A stretch of DNA of 64,000 bases from Cetorhinus maximus (taxonomy: Eukaryota). Location: assembly GCF_964194155.1 (NCBI RefSeq), contig NC_135897.1, forward strand, positions 10,850,001 through 10,914,000, read 5' to 3'. The position numbers and the translations under genes are program-made. The notes beneath the pieces are model-generated. The model did not search any database, was not told the DNA's origin, and saw only the letters and a program-made list of their open reading frames with translations. This document shows positions 11,801-23,869 of this stretch, piece after piece (position 1 is the stretch's first letter; each line of letters opens with the position of its first letter).

Positions 11801-13327
11801 CAGGATGGTATATATCTTGCAGCAAGTGTACTTGGCCTATAGGGGGTGTAGTCTGCCTGTGGTTGCTGTAATTACTTTTTAATGAATGGGTTTTCGGACA
11901 CACAGTGGAGATGATGGTGCTTTTTTGACCTTTCAGCAGCTGGAGAATATCTCAGCTCCTTCAGAAGACATGTCTGAATAATTCCCTCCTGCTTAATGTG
12001 GTCAAAGGCCATAACACTTTGTTTAAAAAGCAATGAGTGAATCAGAGAGGAAGAGAACAGAGTAAAGGCTCCACTGGATCTTTCAGCTCCTGCCTAATTG
12101 AAATGACTAATTCTACAAATCTATCCGAATTGCACGCTGGTTGACTTCTGTCTTGCATTTAAGAAGGAACATCATGTCGTTGTAACTGAGATGCTGGATA
12201 TAGAGAAGTCTGACTGGGAAATCCAAATACAACATTGCCCAGACTGTATATCTCACTCAGATTTCCACTTCCACTTGAGGCTCTTCAACTGACACACTAA
12301 GCAACCAGTCCTGGACTCTCCCCCAGAGGACCATGGAACAGCATGTCCATGTCCATGTCCATGTGCTCCCTCACTGCCAGCTTTCTGACCCGAGCGTTGG
12401 TTTGCAATGACCCCTTTTGGCACCGTCTTTTCTGCAGCTCTGATTGATGGGGTTTTACTGCAGAAATCTGATAGAAAACACACCAGTGGATGTTAAATGA
12501 ATCCTAACTCTTTGATTTTTAGACGGGGTCCAGATGAAAAGCGGTTAATCTGTAAGAGATACTCTGTTGGAGTTAATAAAGTAAACATGAGGGCCAGGCT
12601 GAACCTTGTGCTGGGGGGATCCTTTTCATCTCGCACATGGTGCCTATGAAAGGTTATAGTTTGGTGGAGTGAGAGACCAGTAACAAGTGCCTCAAGAGTC
12701 CTTAGAAATCTGCTGAACCTTCCAACAGCCTAGCCACCCTACAGTGTTGATCACAGATCATTGGAAAGGATTCAATTACTGTAGAAAGAAACGGTTCCAT
12801 TAAAAACAATTTAGGAATGCTTTGTTCAATCTCACAAAACCCCCATCCCTCAAGCCCAACAGTGTGATAAAACAGTGTGCTGACAACCAGGCAAAACAAA
12901 GCTGAGTGTGTAATGACTCCTATGGGTGTTCTCTGATGCTATGTGTAAGCAATCTTCAAACATTCTGCAAGGTAATTTGGAAGAGGTTCTGTAACAGTGG
13001 GAGATCATGTGACACATAGCGCCAGTGAGCAGGCACCTTGACACAGAGCAGGACCACCTGGCATCTCCGAGACCTCTGTCTGGCGCTGAGGTGAAGCCAT
13101 CGGCCACCAAGTCAAACCAGCTAACAGACCCAACTAAAGCCCAGGTGGACGCAGCCTGACACTGAGGTAATGTTAACCTAATTGGGAGTTTCAACCTGAA
13201 GATCAGAGTCTTTTCCCAGGAACATCCAACAGTGAGACAAAATAAACACCTTTTCTGGGTATCAAACTAACAGAGAACAGAACATTTGGGCTTCAGATCA
13301 AACAAGCCGGTACCAAATAAATCCTAG

Positions 13328-14812
13328 CTTTCTGTTTCCTTTTTCCTTGTCTTTTCTCTATCTGTCCCTCTCACTTTGCCTCCTCTCTCCATCTCTAGCT
13401 CCCCTTTTCCTTCACTTTCTTTCACTGATTCTTTCACTATCGTGACTCTCTCTCTCTTTCTCTGTCACTGCATCCCCTCCCTGCTCCATTTTTCTCTGTC
13501 TCCACTCCTTTCTCTCGCTTCATTCTCTCCCTCACTTTCTCTGTCTCTTCTTTTTGTCTCCTTGCAGTCTGTTCTTTTTCCCTCTCTGATCCATGTTATT
13601 ATTCTATTGTTATCTCATCCGACTCACTTCCCTGTCTCCTTTTCTTTTGTTTGGTCTCTCTGACATTACGACCCACCCCATACTCCCTCTCTCTCTTTCG
13701 ATATCTCTCCTCTGCTCACTTTCTCTCTGCTCCTCTCTGTCTCTGTTTTCTTTCTCTTTTGACCTCCTTTTCCCTGAATCTTTCCCTCCTCTCTGGTGCC
13801 CCTGTCTCTCTTGCTCACCTTTCCTGTCTCCCCTCTTTTTTCTGTCTTCCGTCTCTGGCTCTCTCCTATCTTCCCCTCACTGTCTCCCTTTTTTCCCTCT
13901 ATTTTCCTTGTCTCATTTTGCCTGCCTTTCTCTATGTATGTGTGCATCTCTGTATTACTCATCCCTCTCTCTCTTCCTTCTGCTTCTTCTCCTCTCCTTC
14001 CTGTTTTCTTCTTTTTCTCTTTCTGATTTCTAGCTCTCTGCTGCTCTCCCCAGTATCTCTCCACCTCTGTTCACGGACTGCATGTTCTCTCTGTCTCAAA
14101 TCTTGTTTTTTTCATTTTTTTTATCTCTCAATTTCTCTTTGTCTCGATATCTCCCGCCTCACCACATCTTTCTTTCCACCTTCCTTTCTCTTTCTGTCTT
14201 CATTTTTCTCTATGCTTTCTATTTTCTCTTTCATCATCTTCATTTCCTTTCCTGCCTCCTCTCTGATCCCCTCCCTTTAATCTCCAATGCTTCATCTCCC
14301 TCTCTGTCTTTCTATCTGTCTCTGGCCTCCTGTCTCTTTGTCCAACTCTTTCCACACTCCCTCTCTCTGACACTGTTTCTGGCTGTCTCCTGTATTTCCT
14401 TTGCCTATATTCTCTCTCTCTCTCTTTCTCCCTCCCTCTAACTCTTTCTCTGACTTCCTTCTCTCCTCTTCTTTCCACCTTCTCTCCTTTTGTTTTCAAA
14501 CTCCTTTCTTTGTCTTTGTGCCTTTCTCTTTGCCTCCTCTCTTTGCCTCCTCTTTCCTTCTCTTTCTTGCTGTGTTCTCTTCCCCCCCCGCCCTTTTCAT
14601 TCTCTCTCTGTCTCTCTCTCTACCTCTCTCATATTTCTTGGTCATTCCTTTCTGTTTTGTATCTTTGACATTTCTTGGCTGTTCCTCCCTCCGGTTTTTT
14701 TTCTCCCGGATCCAGGTGGTTGTCCTTAAGCCTCACGCTCCTTTCTCCTGGTGCCCTGCTCTGTTTTCTATAGGGTTGCGTTTTGCTATTGTGCTTTCTA
14801 CATCCTTTTCTT
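13328..14812. repeat. Polypyrimidine (CT-rich) low-complexity tract
   Basis: About 1.5 kb of nearly pure C/T on the + strand; a second tract at about 15275-15620. Confidence 0.93.
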
Positions 14813-15660
14813 AAGAATGCAGTTTTGCGTTTGGATTGGGGATGAGACACTGGCCTCTTTCTGAACAGGTTGCTTCAAAGCTTCACCTCCCATGGGTCAA
14901 AACATCCACAACGTCCCTGAACACGGGCAGTGACTCAGATCAGCAAGGAATTTATCTGTCTCACTTCTTACTACAACAGTGTTAAAATATCCGTGCCACT
15001 GACAACACTATTGGTGTCCAGTAGACTCACTTTCCTTTATAAAGATGCAAACCTTCACCTTAGAAGCTTTTGATTGCTGGGCATGGGAGCGACTGCAGCC
15101 TCCTCACACTTTAAAGGGCTAATTGATATTTTGTAATAAGCAGCAACTTACATGTGCTGAGTTCCAGTCTGCAGGAAGTCACAATGTAGTGTGGTGCTAT
15201 TCAAAACCTAACACTCAGGGTTTGCAGCTATTATCAGGCAGCTCAAATGTACAATAGAAAATAATTCTGGGGTAACTTTTTCTCTCCCCCTTCTCTTCCC
15301 TCTCTCTTCCATTCCTTTTGTCCTTTTCTATCCCCTCTGTCATTTATTGGTAATCGCTATTCTCTCGTTAACATATTGAGCCTTTCCTTTCCGAGTCTCG
15401 CGTCTCTCTTTTTCCTCACTCAGTCACTCTATCAGCCTGTCATTGCATCTCTTCTCTGTCTCTCTGTCTGTGTACTTTTCCTCCTGTCCATCTGTCTCTC
15501 CGATCTTCCTCCAGTTTTTTTGCTCTTGCTACTTTTCCTCCCATCTGATCCTCTCTCTGCTACTCTATGCCCATCTGCCTCTCCTTCTGACACAGCGTGT
15601 CCCCTGCTGACTCTCTGTCCTATTGCGAGTTGCAAAGAGCTGCAACTGTCTGTGCACTGA

Positions 15661-15870
15661 CATACCTGCTGTTGATGGCAGCCTTGGGACTGCTGTAAAC
15701 TCAGAGAGAAGTGTCCCACTCCTGAACTCACTGCTTCCAAGTCCACTTAACGTTGTTCATTCTTTAAAACGACGAGCGGAGTAAATCACACAGGAGCAGC
15801 ACATTTCCAAGTGCTGCTCATGATCAAGGCTCCGTGAATCAGTCTGGTTTGGGGGGTGGTCCTATATAAC
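15661..15870 (-). promoter_or_regulatory. Candidate GPR17 promoter and non-coding first exon
   Basis: TATA-like TATATAA at 15863-15869; minus-strand donor CAG|GTATGT at 15666/15665; TE-free island upstream of the GPR17 acceptor. No transcript evidence. Confidence 0.3.
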
Positions 15871-16577
15871 CAGCAGAGGCTGGGGACAGGGTATTGTTAG
15901 TCAACCAACAGAGGGAGCTGATTGTGTGTGAAATGAAAAGAATTTTATCTTTCCTCCCCCTAAAACTTGCTGAGACGAGCTGCATGATATATTTTGTGTG
16001 TGATCCCTTTATGAAAGCCTTTGGAAGGGTCAGTGCTTTTTTGTGAGCCTGTGTGACTGATTCCTCACAATTCTTGATCCACAATGGGAGGTTTCAGCAC
16101 AGATACATTAGTGTGGGGACAGCAGTGGCAATGAGGAGGGAGGCTGGGCGCCATGGCAACCAGAGCAGGCCTTTCAATAATTTCCTGCACTTCTGAGACG
16201 GGTATCCATAAAACAGAGGAGTATTTAGTGTGCAGATAGCCAAATATAATATACAGCCATTGTCTCAGCCTCCAGTCCCACTGGATGAATTGTAGCAGGT
16301 TTTGTGACCGGGTGGGAGACCTTTATTTCAGTCAGCACATTGCCAGAGAGAGCAACTCCAGTGCTCTGAGCTTAGTAAGTGTTAATGACAGTTGGGGAAG
16401 GGAGAGTTATAGTACCCCTATCACATATCTGTCCAGTGAGGAGCAAGTCAATAATCTGAATTGACCCAGTCTGATGCAGAACAGACACGGTGTGTCTGAT
16501 ACAGAGCTGGACCAAGTCACGAATTGGCCCTGTCCAATAAGGAACAACTCCTAGATGCTAATTCATCCTATCCTATT

Positions 16578-19500
16578 AGGGGGAGGCGATGGCATAGTGT
16601 TATTGTCGCTGGACCAGTAATCTAGGGACCAGGATTCGAATCCAGCCTCGAATTTGAATTCATTAAAAAAAAATCTGGAATCAAAAGTCCATGAAACCAT
16701 TGTCGATTGTTGTAAAAACCCATCTGGTTCATTAATGTCCATAAGAGAAGGAAATCTACTGTCCTTAGCTGGTCTGGGACTCTTAAATTCCCTCTAAAAT
16801 GGCCTAGCAAGCCACTCAGTTGTATCAAAATGCTACAAAGTCACAAAACAGGAATGAAACCGGACAGACCACCCGGCATCGACCTAGGAAATGACAACGG
16901 CAATCTCAGCCCTGTCGACCCTGCAAAGTCCTCCTTACTAACAGCCAGGGGCTAGTGCCAAAATTGGGAGAGCTGTCTCACAGACTAGTCAAGTGTCGTC
17001 ATCCTTGTGGAATCATATCTGACAGATAATGTCCCAGACATCACCATCCCTGGGTATGTCCTGCCCTCCCAGCAGAAACGGCAGTACAGTGGTATACAGT
17101 CGGGAGGGAGTTGCCCTGGGAGTCCTCAACATTGACTCTGGCCCCCATGAAGTTTCATGGTGTCAGGCCAAACATGGGCAAGGAAACCTCCTGCTTATCA
17201 CCACATACCACCCTCCCTCAGCTGATGAATCAGTGCTCCTTCATATTGAACACCACTTGGAGGAAGCACTGAGGGTGGCAAGGGCACAGAATGTACCCTG
17301 GGTGGGGGACTTCAATGTCCATCACCAAGAGTGGCTCTGTAGCACCACTGCTGGCCGAGTCCTAAATGACATAGCTGCCAAACTGGGTCTGCAGCAGGTG
17401 GTGAGGGAAAAACATACTTGACCTCATCCTCACCAACCTGCCTGCCGCAGATGCATCTGTCCATGACAGTATCTGTAGGAGTGACCACCGCACAGTCATT
17501 GTGGAGACAAAGTCCTGCCTTCACATTGAGGATACCCTCCATCGTGTTGTGTGGCACTACCACCGTGCTAAACGGGATAGATTTCAAACAGATCTAGCAA
17601 CTCAAGACTGGGCATCCATGAGACGCTGTGGGGCAGCAGTAGAATTGTATTCAAACACAATCTGTAACCTCATGGCCCAGCATATCCCCCACTCTACCAT
17701 TACCATCAAGGCAGGAGATCAACCCTGGTTCAATGGAGAGTGCAGGATGGCATACCAGGAGCAGCACCAGGTATACCTAAAAATGAGGTGTCAACCTGGT
17801 GAAGCTATAACACAGGACTACTTGCATGCCAAGCAGCAAGTGATAGACAGAGCTAAGTGATCCAGGCTTGGGCTGACAGGTGGCAAGAAACTTTCGTGCC
17901 AACGGATCAGAGCTAAGCTCTGCAGTCCTGCCACATCCAGTCGTGAATGGTGGTGGACAATTAAACAACTCACTGGAGGAGGAGGCTCCACAAATATCCC
18001 CATCCTCAATGATGGGGGAGCCCAGCACATCAGTGCAAAAGATAAGGCTGAAGCATTTGCTACAATCTTCGGCCAGAAATGTTGAGTGGATGATCCATCT
18101 TGGCCTCCTCCAGAGGTCCCCAGCATCACAGATACCAGTCTTCAACCAATTTGATATCAAGAAATGGCTGAAGGCACTGGATACTGCAAAGGCTACGGGC
18201 CCTGACAATATTCCAGCAATAGTACTGAAGACTTGTGCTCCAGAACTTGCTGTGCCCCTAGCCAAGCTGTTCCAGTACAGCTACAACACTGACATCTACT
18301 CGGCTATGTGGAAAATTACCCAGGTATGTCCTGTACACAAAAAGCAGGACAAATCCAACCCGGCCAATTAACTTACCATCAGTCTACTCCATCATCAGTA
18401 AAGTAATGGAAGCAGCCATCAACAATGCTATCAAGCGGCACTTGCTTAGCAATAACCTGCTCACCGATGTGTGGGTGGGTCCCGCCAGGGCCACTCAGCT
18501 CCTGACCTCATTTTAGCCTTGGTTCAAACATGGACAAAAGAGCTGAACTCCCGAGGTGAGGTGAGAGTGTTTGCCCTGGACATCAAGGCCGTATTTGACA
18601 AGTGTGGCATCAAGAATCCCGAGCAAAACTGGAGTCAATGGGACTTGGGAGAAAACTGTCTACGATTGGAGTCATACCTAGCACAAAGGAAGATGGTTGT
18701 GCTTGTTGGAGGTAAGTAATCTCAGCTCCAGGACATCGCTGCAAGAGTTCCTCAGGGTGGTGTCCTCGGCCCAACCATCTTCAGTTGCTTCATCAATGAG
18801 CTTCCCTCCATCATAAGGTCAGAAGTGGGGATGTTCGTTGATGATTGAACAATGTTCAGCACCATTCTAGACTCCTCAGATACTGAAGCAGTCCATGTCC
18901 AAATGCAGCAAGGCCTGGACAATATCCAGGCTTGGGCTGACAAGTGGCAAGTAACATTTGAGCCACACAAGTGTCAGGCAATGACCATCTCCAACAAGAG
19001 AATCAACCATCACCCCTTGACATTCAATGGCATTACCATCACTGAATCCCCCACTATCAACATCCTGGGGGGTTACCATTGACCAGAAACTGAACTGGAC
19101 TAGCCATATAAATACTGTGGCTACAAGAGCAGGTCAGAGGCTAGGAATTGTGCAACGAGTAACTCACCTCCTGACTCCCCAAAGCCTGTCCACCATCTAC
19201 AAGGCACAAGTCAGGAGTGTGATGGAATACTCCCACTTGCCTGGATGGATGCAGCTCCCACAGCACTGAAGAAGCTTGACACCGCCCAGGACAAAGCAGC
19301 CCGCTTGATTGGCACCACATCCACAAACATTCACTCCCTCCACCACCGATGCACAGTAGCAGCAGTGTGCACCATCTACAAAATGCACTGCAGCAATTCA
19401 CCAATACTCCTTCGACAGTACCTTCCAAACCGACAACTGCTACCACCTAGAAAGACAAGGGCAGCAGATATATGGGAACACCACCACCTGGAAGTTCCCC

Positions 19501-19729
19501 TCCAAGTCACTCACCATCCTGACTTGGAAATATATCGCCGTTCCTTCTCTGTCACTGGGTCAAAACCCTGGAACTCCCTCCCTAACAGCACTGTGGGTGT
19601 ACCTACACCACATGGACTGCAGCGGTTCAAGAAGGCCGCTCACCACCACCTTCTCAAGGACAACTAGGGATAGGCAATAAATGCTGGCCCAGCCAGCGAA
19701 GCCCACATCCCATGAATGAACTAAAAAAA
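16578..19729 (+). mobile_element. Near full-length decayed LINE (CR1/L2 superclade; EN + RT, no ORF1) with tRNA-like 5' head
   Basis: A-box-like TGGCATAGTGT 16590-16600, B-box-like GGATTCGAATCC 16632-16643; EN motifs KVLLTNSQGL (about 16925) and VGDFNVHH; RT motifs ALDIKAVFD, VPQGGVLGP, FVDD; 3' end CCCACATCCCATGAATGAACTAAAAAAAA; many stops and frameshifts. Confidence 0.93.
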
Positions 19730-19874
19730 ACAGCAAGCTGATTCATAGACGCTAACTGACCCTGTTCAATAGAAACCAGTCCTGGACACTAACTGAGCTA
19801 GACCAGTAGGGAGTGAGTCCTAAATATGAATGTGGAGCAGCACCAAAACACTAATTGGCCCTGTCCAATACGGG

Positions 19875-20836
19875 AGCAATGAAATAGGAGCAGGAGTAGC
19901 TCATATGAGCCTGCTCTGCCATTCAATAAGGTGCTGGTTGAAGTTTTACATCAACTCAAGTTTTCTGCCCTATCCTCAAAAATCTATTGATCTCTTTCTT
20001 GAACACACTCATTGACTAAGCAACCACATCCCTCTGGGGTAGAGAATTCCAACAATCCACTTTCTTTTTCTTTATTCTTTCATGGGATGTGGGTGTCACT
20101 GGCCAGGCCAGCATTTGTTTCCCACCTCTAATTGCCCTTGAACTGAGTGGCTTGTTAGGCCATTTCAGAGTCAACCACAATGCTATGGAGTCACATTGTA
20201 GGCAGATTAGTGAAGCACTTGGGTTTTTACCACAGTTTTACCATAATTTCATAGTCACCATTTCTGAGACTAGCTTTATATTCCAGATTTTATTAATTGA
20301 ATTTAAATTCCACCAGCTGCCATGGTGGGATTTGAACCCATGTCACCAGGGCGTTGGCCTGGGTCCCATGGCTAGTAGTTCAGTGACATTCCCACTACAC
20401 CATCATTCCCCTCTGAGTGAAGAAAGTTCCCCTCTCCTCAGTCCTAAATGATTGACCCCTTTACCCTGAGAGTAAGACTGCTACTTCTAGGTTCTTTAGA
20501 CAGGGGGAATCAGCCTCTTTGCATTGATCCTATTAGAATTTTATACGTTTCAATGAGATAATTTCTTATTCTTCTGAACTCCAGAGACTATGGGCCCAAT
20601 TTGGTCAATCTCTCCTCATTGGTCAGCCCTCTCATCCCAGGGATCAACCTAGTGAATCTTTGATGCACTTCTTCTAAGGTAAATATATCCTTCCTTGGGT
20701 AAGCAGACTAAAACGGTACACACTACACCAGATGTGGTCTCACCAATGTCATATACAATTGCAGCAAGGTTTCCTTACTCTTGTACTCCAATCCTTTTGC
20801 AATAAAGGCCAACATGCTGTTTGCCCTCCTAATTGT
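19875..20836 (-). mobile_element. CR1 LINE 3' part, interrupted by a SINE
   Basis: Reverse complement of the CR1 3' region seen at 34440-35070. Confidence 0.8.
20062..20412 (-). mobile_element. tRNA-derived SINE (family A) nested in CR1
   Basis: Homologous to 9621-9996. Confidence 0.9.
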
Positions 20837-21368
20837 TAATTCATTCATGGGATATGGGCATCGCTGGCTAGGCCAACATTTATTGCCCATCTTTAACTGC
20901 CCTTGAGAAGGTGGTGGTGAGCTGCCTTCTTGAACCGCTGCAGTCCATGTGGTGTAGGTACACCCACAGTGCTGTTAGGAAGGGAGTTCCAGGATTTTGA
21001 CCCAGCAACATTGAAGGAACGGCGATATATTTCCAAGTTAGGATGGTGAGTAGCTGAGAGGGAAACTTCCAGGTGATGGTGTTCCCATCTATCTGCTGTC
21101 CTTGTGCTTCTAGATGGCAGTGGTCATGGGCTTGGAAGGTGCTGCCTAAGGAGCCTTGGTGGGTTTCTGCAGTGCATCTTGTCGATGGTACACACTGCTG
21201 CTACTGTGCGTTGGTGGTGGAGGGAGTGAATGTTTGTGGATGTGGTGCCAATCAAGCGGGCTGCTTTGTCCTGGATGGTGTTGAGCTTCTTGAGTGTTGT
21301 GGGAGCTGCACTCATCCAGGCAAGTGGAGAGTATTCCATCACACTCCTGACTTTGTAGATGGTGGACA
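20837..21368 (-). mobile_element. 3' fragment of the tRNA-headed LINE family
   Basis: Reverse complement of 19190-19720 (STIYKVRSVMEYSPLAWMSAAPTTLKKL). Confidence 0.92.
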
Positions 21369-21383
21369 TTTACCACTCTCTCA

Positions 21384-21498
21384 GATAAAAGCCTTAGTTC
21401 TGTTGAAGTCATACGGACTCGAAACGTTAACTGTGTTCCTCTCCACAGATGTTGTCAGACCTGCTGAGTTTTTCCAGGTATTTTTATTTTTGTTTTTG
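21384..21498 (+). mobile_element. Penelope-like terminal fragment with 14-bp TSD
   Basis: AGTTCTGTTGAAGTCATACGGACTCGAAACGTTAACT...; flanked by TTACCACTCTCTCA at 21370-21383 and 21499-21512. Confidence 0.8.
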
Positions 21499-22259
21499 TT
21501 ACCACTCTCTCATCTTCTCCACTTTGGTAGAACAAATGGAAGATTTCACACTTCACCAACAGGTACAGGACCTCAAATCCAGCTATCCAAAAACCAGCCA
21601 TGTCTGAAAACCGAACGTTTTTAGCAGGCCATGCTAGAATATCCCATGGGGACAAGCGCATAATTAAAAGGTTAATAATTTAAGCATTCAGCCCCCAAAA
21701 GATTTGTATTATTGTAGTTTTAGTTAATTAATTAACCACAAATCCATAGTGGAAGGCAAAATTCCAAATGTGCCGTCTGGCTAGTAGGATGAAGAACAAA
21801 ATGAACACTTCCATGTTGTATCACACCCCAGTCACTTCCCACACACCCAGTGGTCCAAGTGACCCTTGACCCCACCCAACCCAACTCAGCCTGACCTGAA
21901 CCTTAGTCACAACGTGGTGGCAGCAGGTATCGCTGGTGAATAAAAACACTGCATGGCAGTTTCCTTGGTTTACTGACAGGTAAACAGCACCTATATCCAC
22001 CCATGGAAATGACATCTTACATGACCTTTAGAATGAAAGGAAGCAGCATAGCAGAATGGCAATAACCAGACTCTAGGACAAAACAAAACTCATAAAGGAG
22101 GGATAGGAGCAGCCATGTTGCAATATGCATGAGGCTGAAGCCAACCAACACCTTGCCTCCGAAAACCGGTAAGATCCAAAATCCGGCATGGACTCAGTCC
22201 CGAGGTTGCCGGCTTTTAAGTCTCTACCTGTAACACATCTGCCACCTTCTTGACCAATC

Positions 22260-22990
22260 ACTTAACCTGTCTATGTTTGCAGCCTCCTTATGTCCTCCTC
22301 ACTTACTTCCCCACCTAAATTTGTATTGTCAGCAAACTTGGATACATTACACTCAGTCCCCTCATTCAGTATAGATTGTGAATAGTGATCTACACTCATC
22401 CTTGTGACACTCAGTTACATCATGTCATCCACAAAATTACTCATTTATTCCAACTTTGTGTTCTGTCCAATAACCGATCCTCAATCCATGCAAATATATT
22501 ATCCCAAATCCCATGAACTCTAAACTTATGTAACAACAACATGTGACACCTTATCGAGTGCCTTCTGCAAGTCTACATATACTACATCCATTGGTTCTCC
22601 CTTGTCTACTGTGCTAATTACACCACCAAAATTCTAATAGATTTGCCAAGCATGATTCCCCTTTCACAAAATCATGTTAAACTCTGTTTAATCAAATTGT
22701 GATTTTACAGTGCATTCTCCAGTGGCACTTTGAGTGGCTGGGCAAGATCCCCGACCACCTGTAAAATTCTACCCTAAGTAACCCTGTCTCATTACACAAT
22801 ACTCAACCTAAAATGACCTGTCTCCTGGTTAACGCCATGATATATTGTTCTGGGAAACAGTATCAAATTAATCCCATGAACTCATCTCCAAACTAATTTT
22901 GCCAATTTAGTTTTCCTATTTTGTATGAAGATTAAAGACCCCGATGATTATTGCATTAGTCTTGCTACATGCACTTCTAAATTTCCTGAT
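22260..22990 (-). mobile_element. CR1 RT/EN fragments
   Basis: Reverse-strand similarity to the CR1 RT region (KFAD-, GKSC-like segments). Confidence 0.65.
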
Positions 22991-23004
22991 TTACATTCTT
23001 CCAA

Positions 23005-23838
23005 TCACCCAGATCTTCCACAGAGCGCCAATCATCTTTGGATTGCCGCTCTGCTCGAACTTTTCCATGCTCCATATTTCATGCTGGGTCTTCCGAGCCC
23101 CGCTTCTCCCGAATGCGGAGTGCAGTGTCCATCGGAGAGCTCCATTGCAGTGCAGTAGTATCAGGCACACCCACTTTTATGGCACTAGCAGCTGTATAGT
23201 AAGTTTAAATGTCCAGTGTGAAAGTTGGTGAATGGGTAGGGTGGCAGTGAGTTGGCAGGTGGGTGGGTGAGGTGGCAGGCGGGTGAGGTAGTAGGTGAGC
23301 ATGGTGGCAGGTGGGTGTCAGTAGGTGGGTAAGGGGATAGTCGGGTCAGGTCAGGAGGGGTGGTCAGGTCGGGTGGGGTGGTGATGGGGTATTATTTGGG
23401 TTGGTTCAGGGGGTGTTAGTCGGGTCAAGGGGGGAGGTCGAGGTCGGTGTGCGTGATTGTGGGGTTCAGTTGTGTAGTTACCCAGGAGTTAGACTAGAAG
23501 CAGGATTTTCCAGCCCTGCCCGCCACCTGGATCGTCCGGTCCCTGTGAAAGTCAATGGAATTTTGGCTGGGCGGCCGAATCTCCCGTGGTGGATCCCACC
23601 ACAATGGGGTCGGAAACTCCTGGCCTAGGTTTTAGTGTGTGTAACATTTCCTGGGTAACTATCCAGGTAAGTCCCGCAGAACTGTCCGAAGTCTCTGACT
23701 CTAACTCAAAATCTGAGGCTTTCGTGGAGGGTCCCGGTGATCAGGAGAATTGCCCATCAGAAGTTGAAAGTTCCCGGGCAATTCCCACGAATGTCAGCGT
23801 GTCAGGACTTCCACGGGGTCCTGACACATATCTTGGGT
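23005..23838. mobile_element. Probable non-autonomous DNA transposon containing a nested about 125-bp MITE (23499-23625)
   Basis: GC-rich insert inside CR1; inner element has TIR-like CAGGATTTTCC / GGAAACTCCTG and separates the inverted pair GTTACCCAGGA...TCCTGGGTAAC. Confidence 0.5.
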
Positions 23839-23869
23839 TGTATGTCTGAGTCTCTGATAATCCAGTGAC

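Noticed and set aside
10378-11903. His/Pro-rich ORFs
   Set aside because: Translations of 19-bp minisatellites cycling through reading frames.
13376-14850. Hydrophobic Leu/Ser/Phe ORFs resembling membrane proteins
   Set aside because: Artefact of CT-rich low-complexity DNA.
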